Positions 18,795 through 27,479 of a stretch of DNA of 30,423 bases are shown one piece after another. The position numbers and the translations under genes were made by a program. Numbering within the stretch: position 1 is the stretch's first letter; each line of letters starts with the position of its first letter. Origin of the DNA: an uncultured delta proteobacterium (GTDB taxonomy: Bacteria; Desulfobacterota; Syntrophorhabdia; Syntrophorhabdales; WCHB1-27). The stretch spans positions 1 to 30,423 of the forward strand of contig CAWEPK010000004.1 of assembly GCA_963810935.1 (NCBI GenBank). The letters are read 5' to 3'. The notes below the pieces were generated by a model. That model was not told the origin of the DNA, searched no databases, and saw only the letters and a list, made by a program, of their open reading frames with translations.

Positions 18795-19381
18795 TCAGGC
18801 GGATGCGACCTGCGGCGTGCCCCTCCTTAGGAGCTTATGTGAGGCGATGACAAAGGCAAGGCAGAGGGAGCCGATCATGTCGCCCATCGCATGCGGGTAA
18901 ACAAAGGCAAGGGCGCCGATGATCGCGACGAACCTTTCGACCAGGGTTTGCTTCTTGAACAGCCTTTCTTGATGCCCTTTCCTTCCAGCGCGACGACGTG
19001 GTTCACATGGATAGATAACGGTAATGACCCTTAAGGGCATGGGTTTCTTGAACATCCCCGCCCCCTTGAATGCGTCGTACCCCGTGTCTGCGATGACCAT
19101 CCCCAGATCGGACTTCTTGGCAGCCAGAAGCTTGCAGTTATCGACCGGGGCTGCTGTTGCTTCGGCCGCGGCATCCACCCCGGCATACTTAGTCAGGAGG
19201 CCCGCTATGCCCCCTCCGATCACGAAGTAGACGCCGCCCATGCCCCATGCCTCTTTTTCGAATCGACAAAAAGTGTCGAAGCCCCCTGTAGCGCCGCCAT
19301 ACCGCCCATTGCCGCACCCAGCTTCAGGAAGTTCCTTCTGGTCACGCCCGCTTCATTGTCGCGCGGACGTCCCGATCCCAT
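18795..19381 (-). pseudogene. remnant of a TAXI-TRAP transporter: Tat-signal TAXI binding-protein 5' end joined by deletion to the 3' end of a fused TRAP permease
   Basis: ATG at 19381 after a GGGGGG RBS gives MGSGRPRDNEAGVTRRNFLKLGAAMGG. After a shift come TAXI motifs GGVYFVIGGGIA, EATAAPVDN, DTGYDAFKG, IYP and HVVALEGKGIK. It then switches abruptly to LFKKQTLVERFVAIIGALAFVYP..GDMIG, which resembles a TRAP permease C-terminus. Confidence 0.72.
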
Positions 19382-19603
19382 ACGACACCCCCCTGATCGT
19401 TTTTGTTGTCCGTGAATTCAGCGGATCATTATTATTTGGAAATGATGTTGCCCCCCGTGTTGTGCGCGCCCTCTTCCCCCGAAAGGCGGCATATCAGTAC
19501 TGTCCGAAGCGCGTAAATCCCCCGGCCTTTAATACCGGTGGGCGACCTGCGCCTTAAGGACCGAACCGTCTCATATATCGCGACGCGGTTTTGCTAATGA
19601 TTC

Positions 19604-19632
19604 ACGTTAATAAAAGCCCGAACCTTTGTCAA
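19604..19632 (-). promoter_or_regulatory. sigma70-type promoter of the TAXI remnant/CoA-transferase unit
   Basis: Minus strand TTGACA-N17-TAACGT. Confidence 0.5.
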
Positions 19633-19673
19633 GGAAATCCCGAGAAACGTTATTTCGGTGCGCCGGCCTTGCG

Positions 19674-20534
19674 TCATTTTACGCCGCCGTCCTGCAAGGC
19701 GCGCCATTCCCTCGAATTCGGGAAGAAAAGCGGCGCCCCATACGTCTCCCTGCCGAAATCGCGAATGACCTTCTGACCTTTGTCCGGTGATGTCAGCCAT
19801 TTTACGAAAACCATGGCGTCGTTATAGCGGGTGTTCGGGAATTTTTTCGGACTCACCGGGATCAGGCTGATATAGTTTAGGAGGTCGGGGCACTTCTCTA
19901 CCATTATAACAAGCTTGATCTCGTTGCGAATCGTAAGTAGCGTGGCCCTGTCGATGACGGTATATGCGCCGATCCGATCCGTATAGCGCAGCGTCGGCAC
20001 GTTGCCCTGGCTGCCCTTCTCGTAGACGTGGTACCAGGCACCGGCAGGCTTCACGCCCGCCTTCTTCCACAGGTTCAGCTCGGCCACGTGAGTCCCCGAC
20101 ATGTCGCCGCGGGTTACGAAAAGCGCGCCTTTCTCCGCTATTTTTCGAAGGGCCGGCGGGGCATGTTTCATCCCCCTGATCCCGGCGGGGTCGGATGCGG
20201 GCCCCAACACGACAAAATCATTGTACATGAGGTCGGTCCTCTCCGTGCCGAAGCCCTCTGCGACGAATTTCTCCTCCAGCTCCCTGGCGTGGACAAGAAC
20301 CAGATCGACGCTCCCCTGCCTGGCTATATTGAGGGCCGCCCCGGTGCCCGCGCCAACGTGCCTCACCGTTATGCCGGTCTCCTTTTCGAACGCCTGTTCG
20401 AGGGCGCCCACTATCCCGGCGTCTATCGGACCTATGGTGCTGGCCATAAAAACAAAGCCGCGCTCCTGTGCCTGCACGCCCCCCGCAAGAAGCAACGCCA
20501 GCAGGACCGTCACGGTCGTAATCACGGTTCTCAT
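19674..20534 (-). CDS. TupA-like tungstate/oxyanion ABC substrate-binding protein
   Basis: Signal peptide MRTVITTVTVLLALLLAGGVQA after a GGGGG RBS. Motifs GAGTGAAL, DLVLVHA, MYNDFVVLGPASDPAGI, FVTRGDMSGTH, YTVIDRAT, YGAPLFFP. Confidence 0.82.
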   Translation of the reverse strand: MRTVITTVTVLLALLLAGGVQAQERGFVFMASTIGPIDAGIVGALEQAFEKETGITVRHVGAGTGAALNIARQGSVDLVLVHARELEEKFVAEGFGTERTDLMYNDFVVLGPASDPAGIRGMKHAPPALRKIAEKGALFVTRGDMSGTHVAELNLWKKAGVKPAGAWYHVYEKGSQGNVPTLRYTDRIGAYTVIDRATLLTIRNEIKLVIMVEKCPDLLNYISLIPVSPKKFPNTRYNDAMVFVKWLTSPDKGQKVIRDFGRETYGAPLFFPNSREWRALQDGGVK

Positions 20535-20659
20535 ATAACTACCCCCGGCAGGTTTTATTTGCCCTTTTTCTGCCCGCCGATAACGGCGCACGGATATGTC
20601 AGATATGACACAAGGGGAGCGACATTGTCAAGGGATTACCGGGGCTCGGCGCCCCCGCG

Positions 20660-21589
20660 TCAGGCGTGGTAAAGGAGCATTGCCTCGGCAGGGTCGCACT
20701 TGAGGTAGTGCTGACGCGCAAGATGCGGGACATCGTACTTCGTCGCGTAGTGGCCGAGCAGGACCTGCGGCGCCAGAAGGGGTACAAGGCCCGCCCGGAA
20801 GGCCGCGATGCGCTCCTCCGTCTCCTGTTTCTCGTCCTGCGTCCATAGACCTTTCAGATGTGCCGATGCCCGGCGCAGCGCGGCTGCGTGCCCTGCCCTG
20901 CCTGCACGCTTTGCCAGAGCGCCCAGGAGCAGATGACTATAGTCTGCCTCTAAGCCTGCCGCCGTGCGATGCACGCCGTCAACGAGGCGCTCCATTTCGC
21001 GGAAGTGGCTCCTGCTCTGACTGAGCAGAAGAAGCGCGTGCCTCCCGTGAAAATCGAGCAGATCCGCTGTCTCCATCCCTTTGTCGATCGCGTCCCTCCA
21101 TCGCGCAAGGACGAACAGGCGCACGATAAAATGACTGCGGACATCCGGGATGCGCATCCGGTCCTCGTCCTCGGCGGCAAGCAGCGGGAAGCGCTGCTCC
21201 CACAACCGCCTGAATATGCCCATGCCTTTCGCAGGGCCCTTTGCTCCGTGAACGGCAACCGATGGCCCGCAGCTCGGCGAGCGGCTTTTGAAAATGAAAC
21301 CCCACAGCCCTTCTTCTTCCAGCCTTTCGAGGATAACGCCGGCCGTCTTTTCCATCTGCGCAGTCAGGTCACGACCAGTCCCGACAGTGAACAGCCCCGG
21401 CCGGCCGCCACGCTCTTCCAAGCGCATTGGCTCCCTCGGCACACCCAGGCCGCATTCGACTTCCGGGCAGACGGGCACGAATCGGACGTGCATGCCGAGC
21501 GTCCCCGTAAGGAAGGGGTCGAGCTTGTCTCTCCCGTCATAGCGGGTCTTCTCGCCCAGAAGACAGGCGCTCAACCCGAGCTTCACCAT
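20660..21589 (-). CDS. DUF523 (2-thiouracil desulfurase-like) plus DUF1722 (YbgA-like) protein
   Basis: LGLSACLLGEKTRYDG, PVCPEVECGLGVPRE, FIFKSRSPSCG, EDEDR, DFHGRH, HLARQHYL. Confidence 0.88.
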   Translation of the reverse strand: MVKLGLSACLLGEKTRYDGRDKLDPFLTGTLGMHVRFVPVCPEVECGLGVPREPMRLEERGGRPGLFTVGTGRDLTAQMEKTAGVILERLEEEGLWGFIFKSRSPSCGPSVAVHGAKGPAKGMGIFRRLWEQRFPLLAAEDEDRMRIPDVRSHFIVRLFVLARWRDAIDKGMETADLLDFHGRHALLLLSQSRSHFREMERLVDGVHRTAAGLEADYSHLLLGALAKRAGRAGHAAALRRASAHLKGLWTQDEKQETEERIAAFRAGLVPLLAPQVLLGHYATKYDVPHLARQHYLKCDPAEAMLLYHA

Positions 21590-21713
21590 TCTTTTGCTCC
21601 TCCGGCGATAATGTTCATTCTGTCATTTTTTCAGCGAAAGGCAAAGAGAATTATTCTTGGAAGATGCAGGTAAGAACGGGGCGGCTTTTGGGACTTTTGC
21701 TCCTCACGGGGAA

Positions 21714-22368
21714 TCAGTGCGAGCTGCCCGAGGCGCGCGGCGCGCTCGTATGTTGCAGACCTTTCAGCTTGAGCCCGAGCTGAAGCCTGCCCGATACGTT
21801 GAATTTCTTGAATAGCCTGTTGCAGTGAGATTTTACGGTCGCCTCCGTGATCTTCAGCTCGCGGGCAATCTCCTTGTTACAGAAACCCCTGAGTATGAGG
21901 CCGGCTATTTCCGACTCCTGCCGGGTAATGCTCTTCTTCACGAACATTGCCTGCGTAAGTATGTTCTTTATGGTCAGGTGGCCCAACCACAGCTCTCCGG
22001 AAGCAACCACCCTCACTGCTTTCCTGAGCAGCTCACCGTCCGCTTCAGCCGAAAGGATGCCGGCGAGCACCCCCTTTGATATCGAGCTCTATGATCTCTC
22101 CATCGATCAATGAAGGCTCCGTCCTGCTCTCCACCATGATGAGCTTTGCGGGGAACCCGTTCTCTGTCAGGTCCTGGCGGGGCACAGCGAAGAGCGCCTG
22201 CTGGTCTATAAGTATCACGTCGCTCTTCATATCGAGCAACTCGTCGAGCGTGGCGCTGCGGTCAGGCCCGCCTACCATCGATATTTCCGTGTCCCCTTCG
22301 ACCAGTTTCCTCACGCCCTCGCAGAAAAGACGACTACCCGACAGAACGGCAAGCTTGATTGTCATCAT
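21714..22368 (-). CDS. LuxR-family regulator with atypical receiver domain (CsgD/VpsT-like); +1 frameshift at ~22072-22085; ~217 aa when repaired
   Basis: AAGGAGG RBS. N-terminal ..LSGSRLFCEGVRKLV..DVILID lacks the acidic pair. It joins GILS..GELLRKAVRVVASGELW and the HTH ITRQESEI..GFCNKEIARELKITEATVKSH. Confidence 0.82.
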
Positions 22369-22483
22369 CCGCCTCCTTTATGAAAACCCATCTTTTATCG
22401 TCTTTTGAAACGAATGGTCGCACGATGGTCGTCAAAACCCGCGCGGCGCGTAATTATCGCGAATCAATACCGTAAAAATTCTT

Positions 22484-22499
22484 TACAATAATCATGCCA
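22484..22499 (-). promoter_or_regulatory. candidate sigma54 promoter of the LuxR gene
   Basis: Minus strand TGGCATGATTATTGTA: a good -24 element, correct spacing, and -12 TTGT instead of TTGC. Confidence 0.6.
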
Positions 22500-22592
22500 T
22501 TTCGGAAAGCCCAAGTCTGCCACGCCCTTACCGCTTATTGCCAGTCTACGCGCCGATCCGCGTTTTGTTAAAGAAATGTGCCGCCCCTGAAA

Positions 22593-22652
22593 TGTCTTAC
22601 CAAATAAGATAATGTCTTGTGGTGCAAGTCACAGGTCTTGCACAATAAGACA
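22593..22652. promoter_or_regulatory. three tandem palindromic operator/enhancer sites, consensus TGTCTTR-N5-YAAGACA
   Basis: TGTCTTA-CCAAA-TAAGATA (22593-22611), TGTCTTG-TGGTG-CAAGTCA (22613-22631), GGTCTTG-CACAA-TAAGACA (22634-22652). Confidence 0.75.
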
Positions 22653-22682
22653 GAAACCGGCCTCTAAGAACAGGCAGCGCCG

Positions 22683-22919
22683 CTATACATTCTCAAACAG
22701 ATCCGGGAGATTGGCCAGCTCCGGGAACTGGAGCCGCATCATCTCATCGATCCGGGCCTCCTGTCTCAGCCCCGCAACGACAAAGTCACTCTCCTGCGCC
22801 ATCCCGTGCGTCAGCAGGATATTCTCGAGGTTCGCTATCTTTACCTGCTGGTGAACGAGGGTGGCGGCGACAGTGGCAAAGGCAAGCTGGAGGGTCTTCC
22901 TCAAATTCTCGTTTATCAC
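22683..22919 (-). CDS. small hypothetical protein (78 aa)
   Basis: AAGGAGG lies 6 nt before GTG at 22919, a better start than the ATG at 22937. The ORF fills the gap between the barrel gene and the LuxR enhancer. Confidence 0.6.
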   Translation of the reverse strand: MINENLRKTLQLAFATVAATLVHQQVKIANLENILLTHGMAQESDFVVAGLRQEARIDEMMRLQFPELANLPDLFENV

Positions 22920-23051
22920 CGCGTACCTCCTTGACATGATGTCGAAACTGGTACCGTATGCCGCCTGATGAGCCTGTCGAGACAGGCAACACCCGATAGC
23001 TAAAACTAGTGACGCCGCGCTGCGTAATCAACGGACGGCCCTAAAGGAGGG

Positions 23052-24076
23052 CTAGAACAGTATGAGCGGTATCCTGATGTCCAGGATAAAGTCCGGCGAA
23101 TCCGTAGTAAGACCGGTGGCAACGCTGATGTTCAGCGCCATCTTCGGACTAAGGCTCCATCCGGCGCCTATCTTCAGAAGCGCAGAGTTCAAGACCGTGT
23201 TCGGGACCCTTCTCCCGTTGGCGACCGAGGCTGAACGTGTAGTCTTGCTGGAACTGGAAATTCAGGGCAAACTTGTAAGAAAGCGCGTAGGCGAGCCCGA
23301 GGTTCATGGTCACGGTGTCCCCCGGCCGCACGCTTCTCAGCGTCCCGGTGGTGCCGGTAAGCGATGTCACCGTCTGGTTAAGGCCGCCGAGCGGCATGTT
23401 GTACGCATAGGCCATGCCGCCGAAAACAACGATCGGGTCTACGCTCTTGATCAGGTTCACGCCCCCTTTTATCGATTGGTATCCGGTGCCCGTCGGCACG
23501 TCCGTAGTGGGGTCGATCTTGAACGGGCTTTTCCCCGTGATCGATTTATACGCGGTAGTGAAGATCACGCCCGGCCTGCTGTCCGTCTCGGAGATGGGCT
23601 GATAGCTCAAGCCCGCTGAGATATCGCCAAGAGAATTCCTGTCGAGCGTGCTGTCCGGCTGCCCGCTGCCGGCCGACCCCTGCGAAGTCGTGAGAAGGTC
23701 GTGCCTGTAGACGTACGGCAGGTTGACGTCGAGGCTGAAGGTTATCTCTGATGCCGTACCTGCCCCCAAGGTTGTAAATGAAAATGTCCCTCTTGGACGA
23801 CTGTATGCCGAACTGGCCGAGCGTCAGGAACACCGGGTCGAGGATGGCAAAGCTTTGCAGATAGATCTGGTTCGCTGAATAGTGGGAGTACGTGATGGCG
23901 TTCTCGATCTCAAATTGCCCCTTCTTGAGAAGGATATACTGCTTCGATGCAGCGGCAAGGGCGGCTGCCTCCCTATCTCTCTCGGCGTTTGCGGCTTGTT
24001 CCGAAAAGACCGTCGCAGGAAGCGAAAACAGTAACAGCAATATCAGAGCGGCCCGCTTCAGGGCTCTCCTCGTCAT
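23052..24076 (-). CDS. FapF-like outer-membrane beta-barrel transporter; two +1 frameshifts (~23734, ~23230); ~340 aa when repaired
   Basis: GGAGG RBS and signal peptide. Repaired sequence: GQFEIENAITYSHYSANQIYLQSFAILD..GRYGIRDNLQLDVNLPYVYR..LGDISAGLSYQ..TGKSPF..PTGTGY..LIKSVDPIVVFG..PGD..GLAYALS..GLTTDSPDFILDIRIPLILF. It ends in Phe and the motif order follows Pseudomonas FapF as I recall it. Confidence 0.78.
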
Positions 24077-24128
24077 TGTACCCTCCATTGTTTTCGAGAC
24101 TCTTGCGTTGCCGGAACCGGCTCTTTAC

Positions 24129-24157
24129 AGAATAGCGGGTGGTGCCTTTCATGTCAA
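24129..24157 (-). promoter_or_regulatory. sigma70-type promoter of the beta-barrel gene
   Basis: Minus strand TTGACA-N17-TATTCT, about 50 bp upstream of the ATG at 24076. Confidence 0.6.
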
Positions 24158-24320
24158 GCTGCAAAACGCGCTCAGGAGAAAAGACAGCGTCCGGCGAACG
24201 CGTTGTCAAGTTTTAAGCATGGTGGAAATCATCGGAAATAGCATGAGAACTTTGGTTGCACTACTCTCATCCCGCAACTCCATCGCGGGGTTCAGCCTTT
24301 GATGGGCTACTTCTGCGTCG

Positions 24321-24350
24321 TTGACAGGTATGGGGATAACCCTCTATCCT
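24321..24350 (+). promoter_or_regulatory. sigma70-type promoter of the sigma54 activator gene
   Basis: TTGACA-N18-TATCCT just upstream of the ORF. Confidence 0.45.
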
Positions 24351-24386
24351 GTGCTTTAGAGACACGCGTCAAATGGGGGTTTTCAG

Positions 24387-25889
24387 GTGCGTTTCAGCCC
24401 ACGCTTAGCCGTTCGGATCCCTGCGGAGATCAAGATCGGGCCGGCGAGAATAGACATCCTGATCGTCAGCATGGGCCTGGACGGGGCCTTCATCAGGAAC
24501 TCGGCCCCCGGCCTCGATTCGAACCCTTCCCAGAACGGGCTCTCGGTCTGTTACGACCTTCCGCAGCAGGGAACGCTCGAACACGGTGTCAGGCTCGCCA
24601 GAAAAGACGCGGAGGGGTTCGCCCTGGCGTTTCAGGACATGGACCTGCCCACCAGGCTCAGGCTGTGGCAGTACATCGCCGACAACCTCGTCCAGGGGAC
24701 GGAATGCCCATTCTGCGGACGCAGTTATACGGTCCTGCCGCCTGTATGCGAGAGCTGCGGCTGGGACCTCGCCTTTGACAGGCAGGGATATTTCGAGTAC
24801 CGCGAAAGGATGGCGATGGTCAAAGGCCTCGAAAGCCGCGTCAAGGACCTCAAGACCGACCAGTTGAAGAAGCTAGTAGGGTACGTCGATGCCGACCTGT
24901 TGAGGATAGGGACCGGCGAAGAGATGCAGGAGTTCGTCGGGACCTGCCCGCAGATGCTACAGATATTTTCCAGGATAAGGAAGGTGGCGCAGACGGACCT
25001 TTCCGTGCTCATTCTCGGCGAAAGCGGTACGGGCAAAGAACTGACTGCGCTGGCCATCCACGAGAGGAGCGCGCGGAAGGGCAAGCCCTTCGTTACGATC
25101 AACTGCGCGGCCATACCGGAGAACCTGCTCGAAGCGGAGCTTTTCGGCTACGAGAAGGGGTCCTTTACCGGCGCCTACGCCACCAAGAAAGGTAAGATGG
25201 AGGTCGCGGACGGCGGCACCGCCTTCCTCGACGAGATAGGCGAGATGCCGATGAGCCTTCAGGCCAAGCTGCTGCGGTTCCTGCAGGACAGGATCGTCGA
25301 GCGCGTGGGCTCGACAAGCGGCAAGAGGGTGAACGTCCGCGTCGTAGCCGCCACCAACTGCGACCTGGACCTGGCCATTCAGACAGGCAAATTCAGAAAC
25401 GACCTTTATTACAGACTCGACGAATTCACGGTCGGCCTGCCTCCGCTCCGGGAGCGCGGCGAGGACGTGCTGCTTTTGGCCAAGTTTTTCCTTAATCGTT
25501 TCTGCAGGGAGATGGGGGCCATGAAGGCCTTCACCAAAAAAGCCGCAGATGCGGTAGAAGGCTACGATTGGCCGGGCAACGTGCGGGAAATGATAAACAA
25601 GATACGCCGCGCCATCGTGATGTCGGACGGCGGGACGATCAGCGTGACCGACCTGGGGCTCGACGGCTCGAAGTCGACAAGGCCGCAGGGGGTCGTCTCC
25701 CTCAAGGAAGAGGTAGGCCACATCGAGGCGCAGAAGGTGAGGGAAATACTCCAGCTCTGCGACAACAACATCTCCAAGGCTGCAAAGCTCCTGAAAGTGA
25801 GCAGGCCGAGCCTTTACAGCCGCATCAGGAAACATAACATCGACCTATCCGCCGGCCGCAGCCATGCCCGCTCTCTGCCGGTCAAGTAG
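24387..25889 (+). CDS. sigma54-dependent activator with N-terminal PilZ-like domain and Cys4 zinc ribbon
   Basis: RFSPR (RxxxR)..SMGLDGAFI..GFALAF, then CPFC-x8-CESC, then GESGTGKE, GSFTGA, FLDEIGE, FRNDLYYRL, WPGNVRE and the HTH NISKAAKLLKVSRPSLY. The start is uncertain: an indel in the G/T runs could make ATG 24373 the true start. Confidence 0.9.
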   Translation: MRFSPRLAVRIPAEIKIGPARIDILIVSMGLDGAFIRNSAPGLDSNPSQNGLSVCYDLPQQGTLEHGVRLARKDAEGFALAFQDMDLPTRLRLWQYIADNLVQGTECPFCGRSYTVLPPVCESCGWDLAFDRQGYFEYRERMAMVKGLESRVKDLKTDQLKKLVGYVDADLLRIGTGEEMQEFVGTCPQMLQIFSRIRKVAQTDLSVLILGESGTGKELTALAIHERSARKGKPFVTINCAAIPENLLEAELFGYEKGSFTGAYATKKGKMEVADGGTAFLDEIGEMPMSLQAKLLRFLQDRIVERVGSTSGKRVNVRVVAATNCDLDLAIQTGKFRNDLYYRLDEFTVGLPPLRERGEDVLLLAKFFLNRFCREMGAMKAFTKKAADAVEGYDWPGNVREMINKIRRAIVMSDGGTISVTDLGLDGSKSTRPQGVVSLKEEVGHIEAQKVREILQLCDNNISKAAKLLKVSRPSLYSRIRKHNIDLSAGRSHARSLPVK

Positions 25890-25994
25890 CCCTACCCGTT
25901 TAGCCCTTTACGTCGGCCGGTAATCTCCCGTCAGTGCCAAGAACGCGATAGATGTGATAATATGTCCTCTACAAGTGTGTAGAGTAAGCGCGCC

Positions 25995-27479
25995 ATGAAA
26001 CCTGTCACAGCAGTCGCCTGTTATACCCCCGATCCGGCGCTTGTCGCCGCCCTCCGTCCCCTTGCGCAATCGGCGCTTGTCGAGTCGCTGACGCTCCTGC
26101 GCCCGTCTGCTGCCGGCGTCTCCGTACCCGGCGCACGCACGCTCCTGACGGACGCGCCTTTCTCTGAAGAGACGCTCGGGGCGCTCCTCGGTTCTTCCCA
26201 CACGCCCTATCTCCTTTTCCTCCCCGACTGTGTGCCTGTCGATATCGGGCAACCGGCCATGGAGCGGATGATAGGTGCGGCCCGGGCCACCGGAGCGGGC
26301 ATCGTATACGCCGACTACTACGAGGGCGCGGACCGGGAGAGGCGCCCCCATCCGCTTATCGACTATTCACCCGGCAGCGTCAGGGACGATTTTACCTTCG
26401 GCCCTGTGCTGCTCATTTCCGTCGAGGCCGCGCGCAATGCCGCGGGGAGGCACGGCTTGCTACCCGGCTCAAGGTTCGCCGGCCTTTATGACCTGCGGCT
26501 CAAGCTGTCCATCGACCACAAAATCGCGCACCTGGCCGAGCCGCTTTACACGGTCCATACGCAGGCTTCAGGCAGCGGACCCGCAAGCCAGCTTTTCGAC
26601 TACGTCGATCCCCGCAACCGCGCATTCCAGAAAGAAATGGAGGCGGTTTTCACCGATTACCTGCAAAAGATCGGGGCCTGCGTGCCTGCCGCACGCCTGC
26701 GCAGCCTTGACGCAGCCGGACCGGCCTTCCCCGTGGAGGCGTCCGTAATCATCCCGGTGCGGAACCGGGAGAAAACGATTGCACAGGCCGTTCAAAGCGC
26801 GCTATCGCAACAGACCGGCTTCCCCTTCAACGTGATCGTCGTCGATAACCATTCGACGGACGGGACGACCGCTACTCTTCGTGGGCTTGCCCGGCAGCGC
26901 CCTGCGCTCCACCACATCGTGCCGGAAAGGACGGACCTTGCCATCGGCGGCTGCTGGAACGAGGCGTTTCAAAGCCGTGCGTGCGGGCGCTATGCAGTGC
27001 AGCTCGACTCCGACGACCTTTACGCAAGTACCCGCACCCTGCAGCGCATCGTCGACCTCCTCCGGACTGGATATGCCATGGTCATCGGCGCGTATAAGCT
27101 GGTCGATTTCGACTTGAAGGAGATACCGCCCGGACTGGTCGACCACAGCGAATGGACGGACGAGAACGGGCATAACAACGCCCTGCGCGTGAACGGCCTC
27201 GGCGCGCCGCGCGCCTTCTCGACCGCGCTCATGCGGGACATCGGCTTCCCGAACGTCAGCTACGGTGAGGATTACGCCGCGGCTTTAAGGGTTTGCAGGG
27301 AATACAGGATCGGCAGGGTTTACGAATGCCTCTACCTGTGCAGGCGCTGGCCCGGCAATACGGACGCAGCCCTCGACCTGGAAAGCGCGAACAAAAACGA
27401 CCTTTTCAAGGACGGGGTAAGGACGGCCGAGCTGGCAGCCAGGCGAGCCATGATGAATGAGGCCGGGAGGAAGCCATGA
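25995..27479 (+). CDS. glycosyltransferase family 2 protein (degenerate N-terminal GT-A-like half plus C-terminal GT2 domain)
   Basis: SVIIPVRNR, VVDNHSTDGT, QLDSDD, SYGEDY. The N-terminal half has IVYADY..HPLIDY..GSVRDDF and YDLRL. Confidence 0.88.
   Translation: MKPVTAVACYTPDPALVAALRPLAQSALVESLTLLRPSAAGVSVPGARTLLTDAPFSEETLGALLGSSHTPYLLFLPDCVPVDIGQPAMERMIGAARATGAGIVYADYYEGADRERRPHPLIDYSPGSVRDDFTFGPVLLISVEAARNAAGRHGLLPGSRFAGLYDLRLKLSIDHKIAHLAEPLYTVHTQASGSGPASQLFDYVDPRNRAFQKEMEAVFTDYLQKIGACVPAARLRSLDAAGPAFPVEASVIIPVRNREKTIAQAVQSALSQQTGFPFNVIVVDNHSTDGTTATLRGLARQRPALHHIVPERTDLAIGGCWNEAFQSRACGRYAVQLDSDDLYASTRTLQRIVDLLRTGYAMVIGAYKLVDFDLKEIPPGLVDHSEWTDENGHNNALRVNGLGAPRAFSTALMRDIGFPNVSYGEDYAAALRVCREYRIGRVYECLYLCRRWPGNTDAALDLESANKNDLFKDGVRTAELAARRAMMNEAGRKP

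Noticed and set aside
19382..19600. Riboswitch in the long leader of the TAXI remnant
   Set aside because: No recognisable conserved riboswitch core by eye; an Rfam scan would be needed.
21975..22000. VpsT-type c-di-GMP-binding motif in the LuxR protein
   Set aside because: The equivalent position reads WLGH rather than W[FLM][TS]R, so direct c-di-GMP binding by the LuxR is not supported.
22972..22987. Hairpin GCCTGTC-GA-GACAGGC as an intrinsic terminator after the barrel gene
   Set aside because: No U-tract on either strand, so the function is unsupported.
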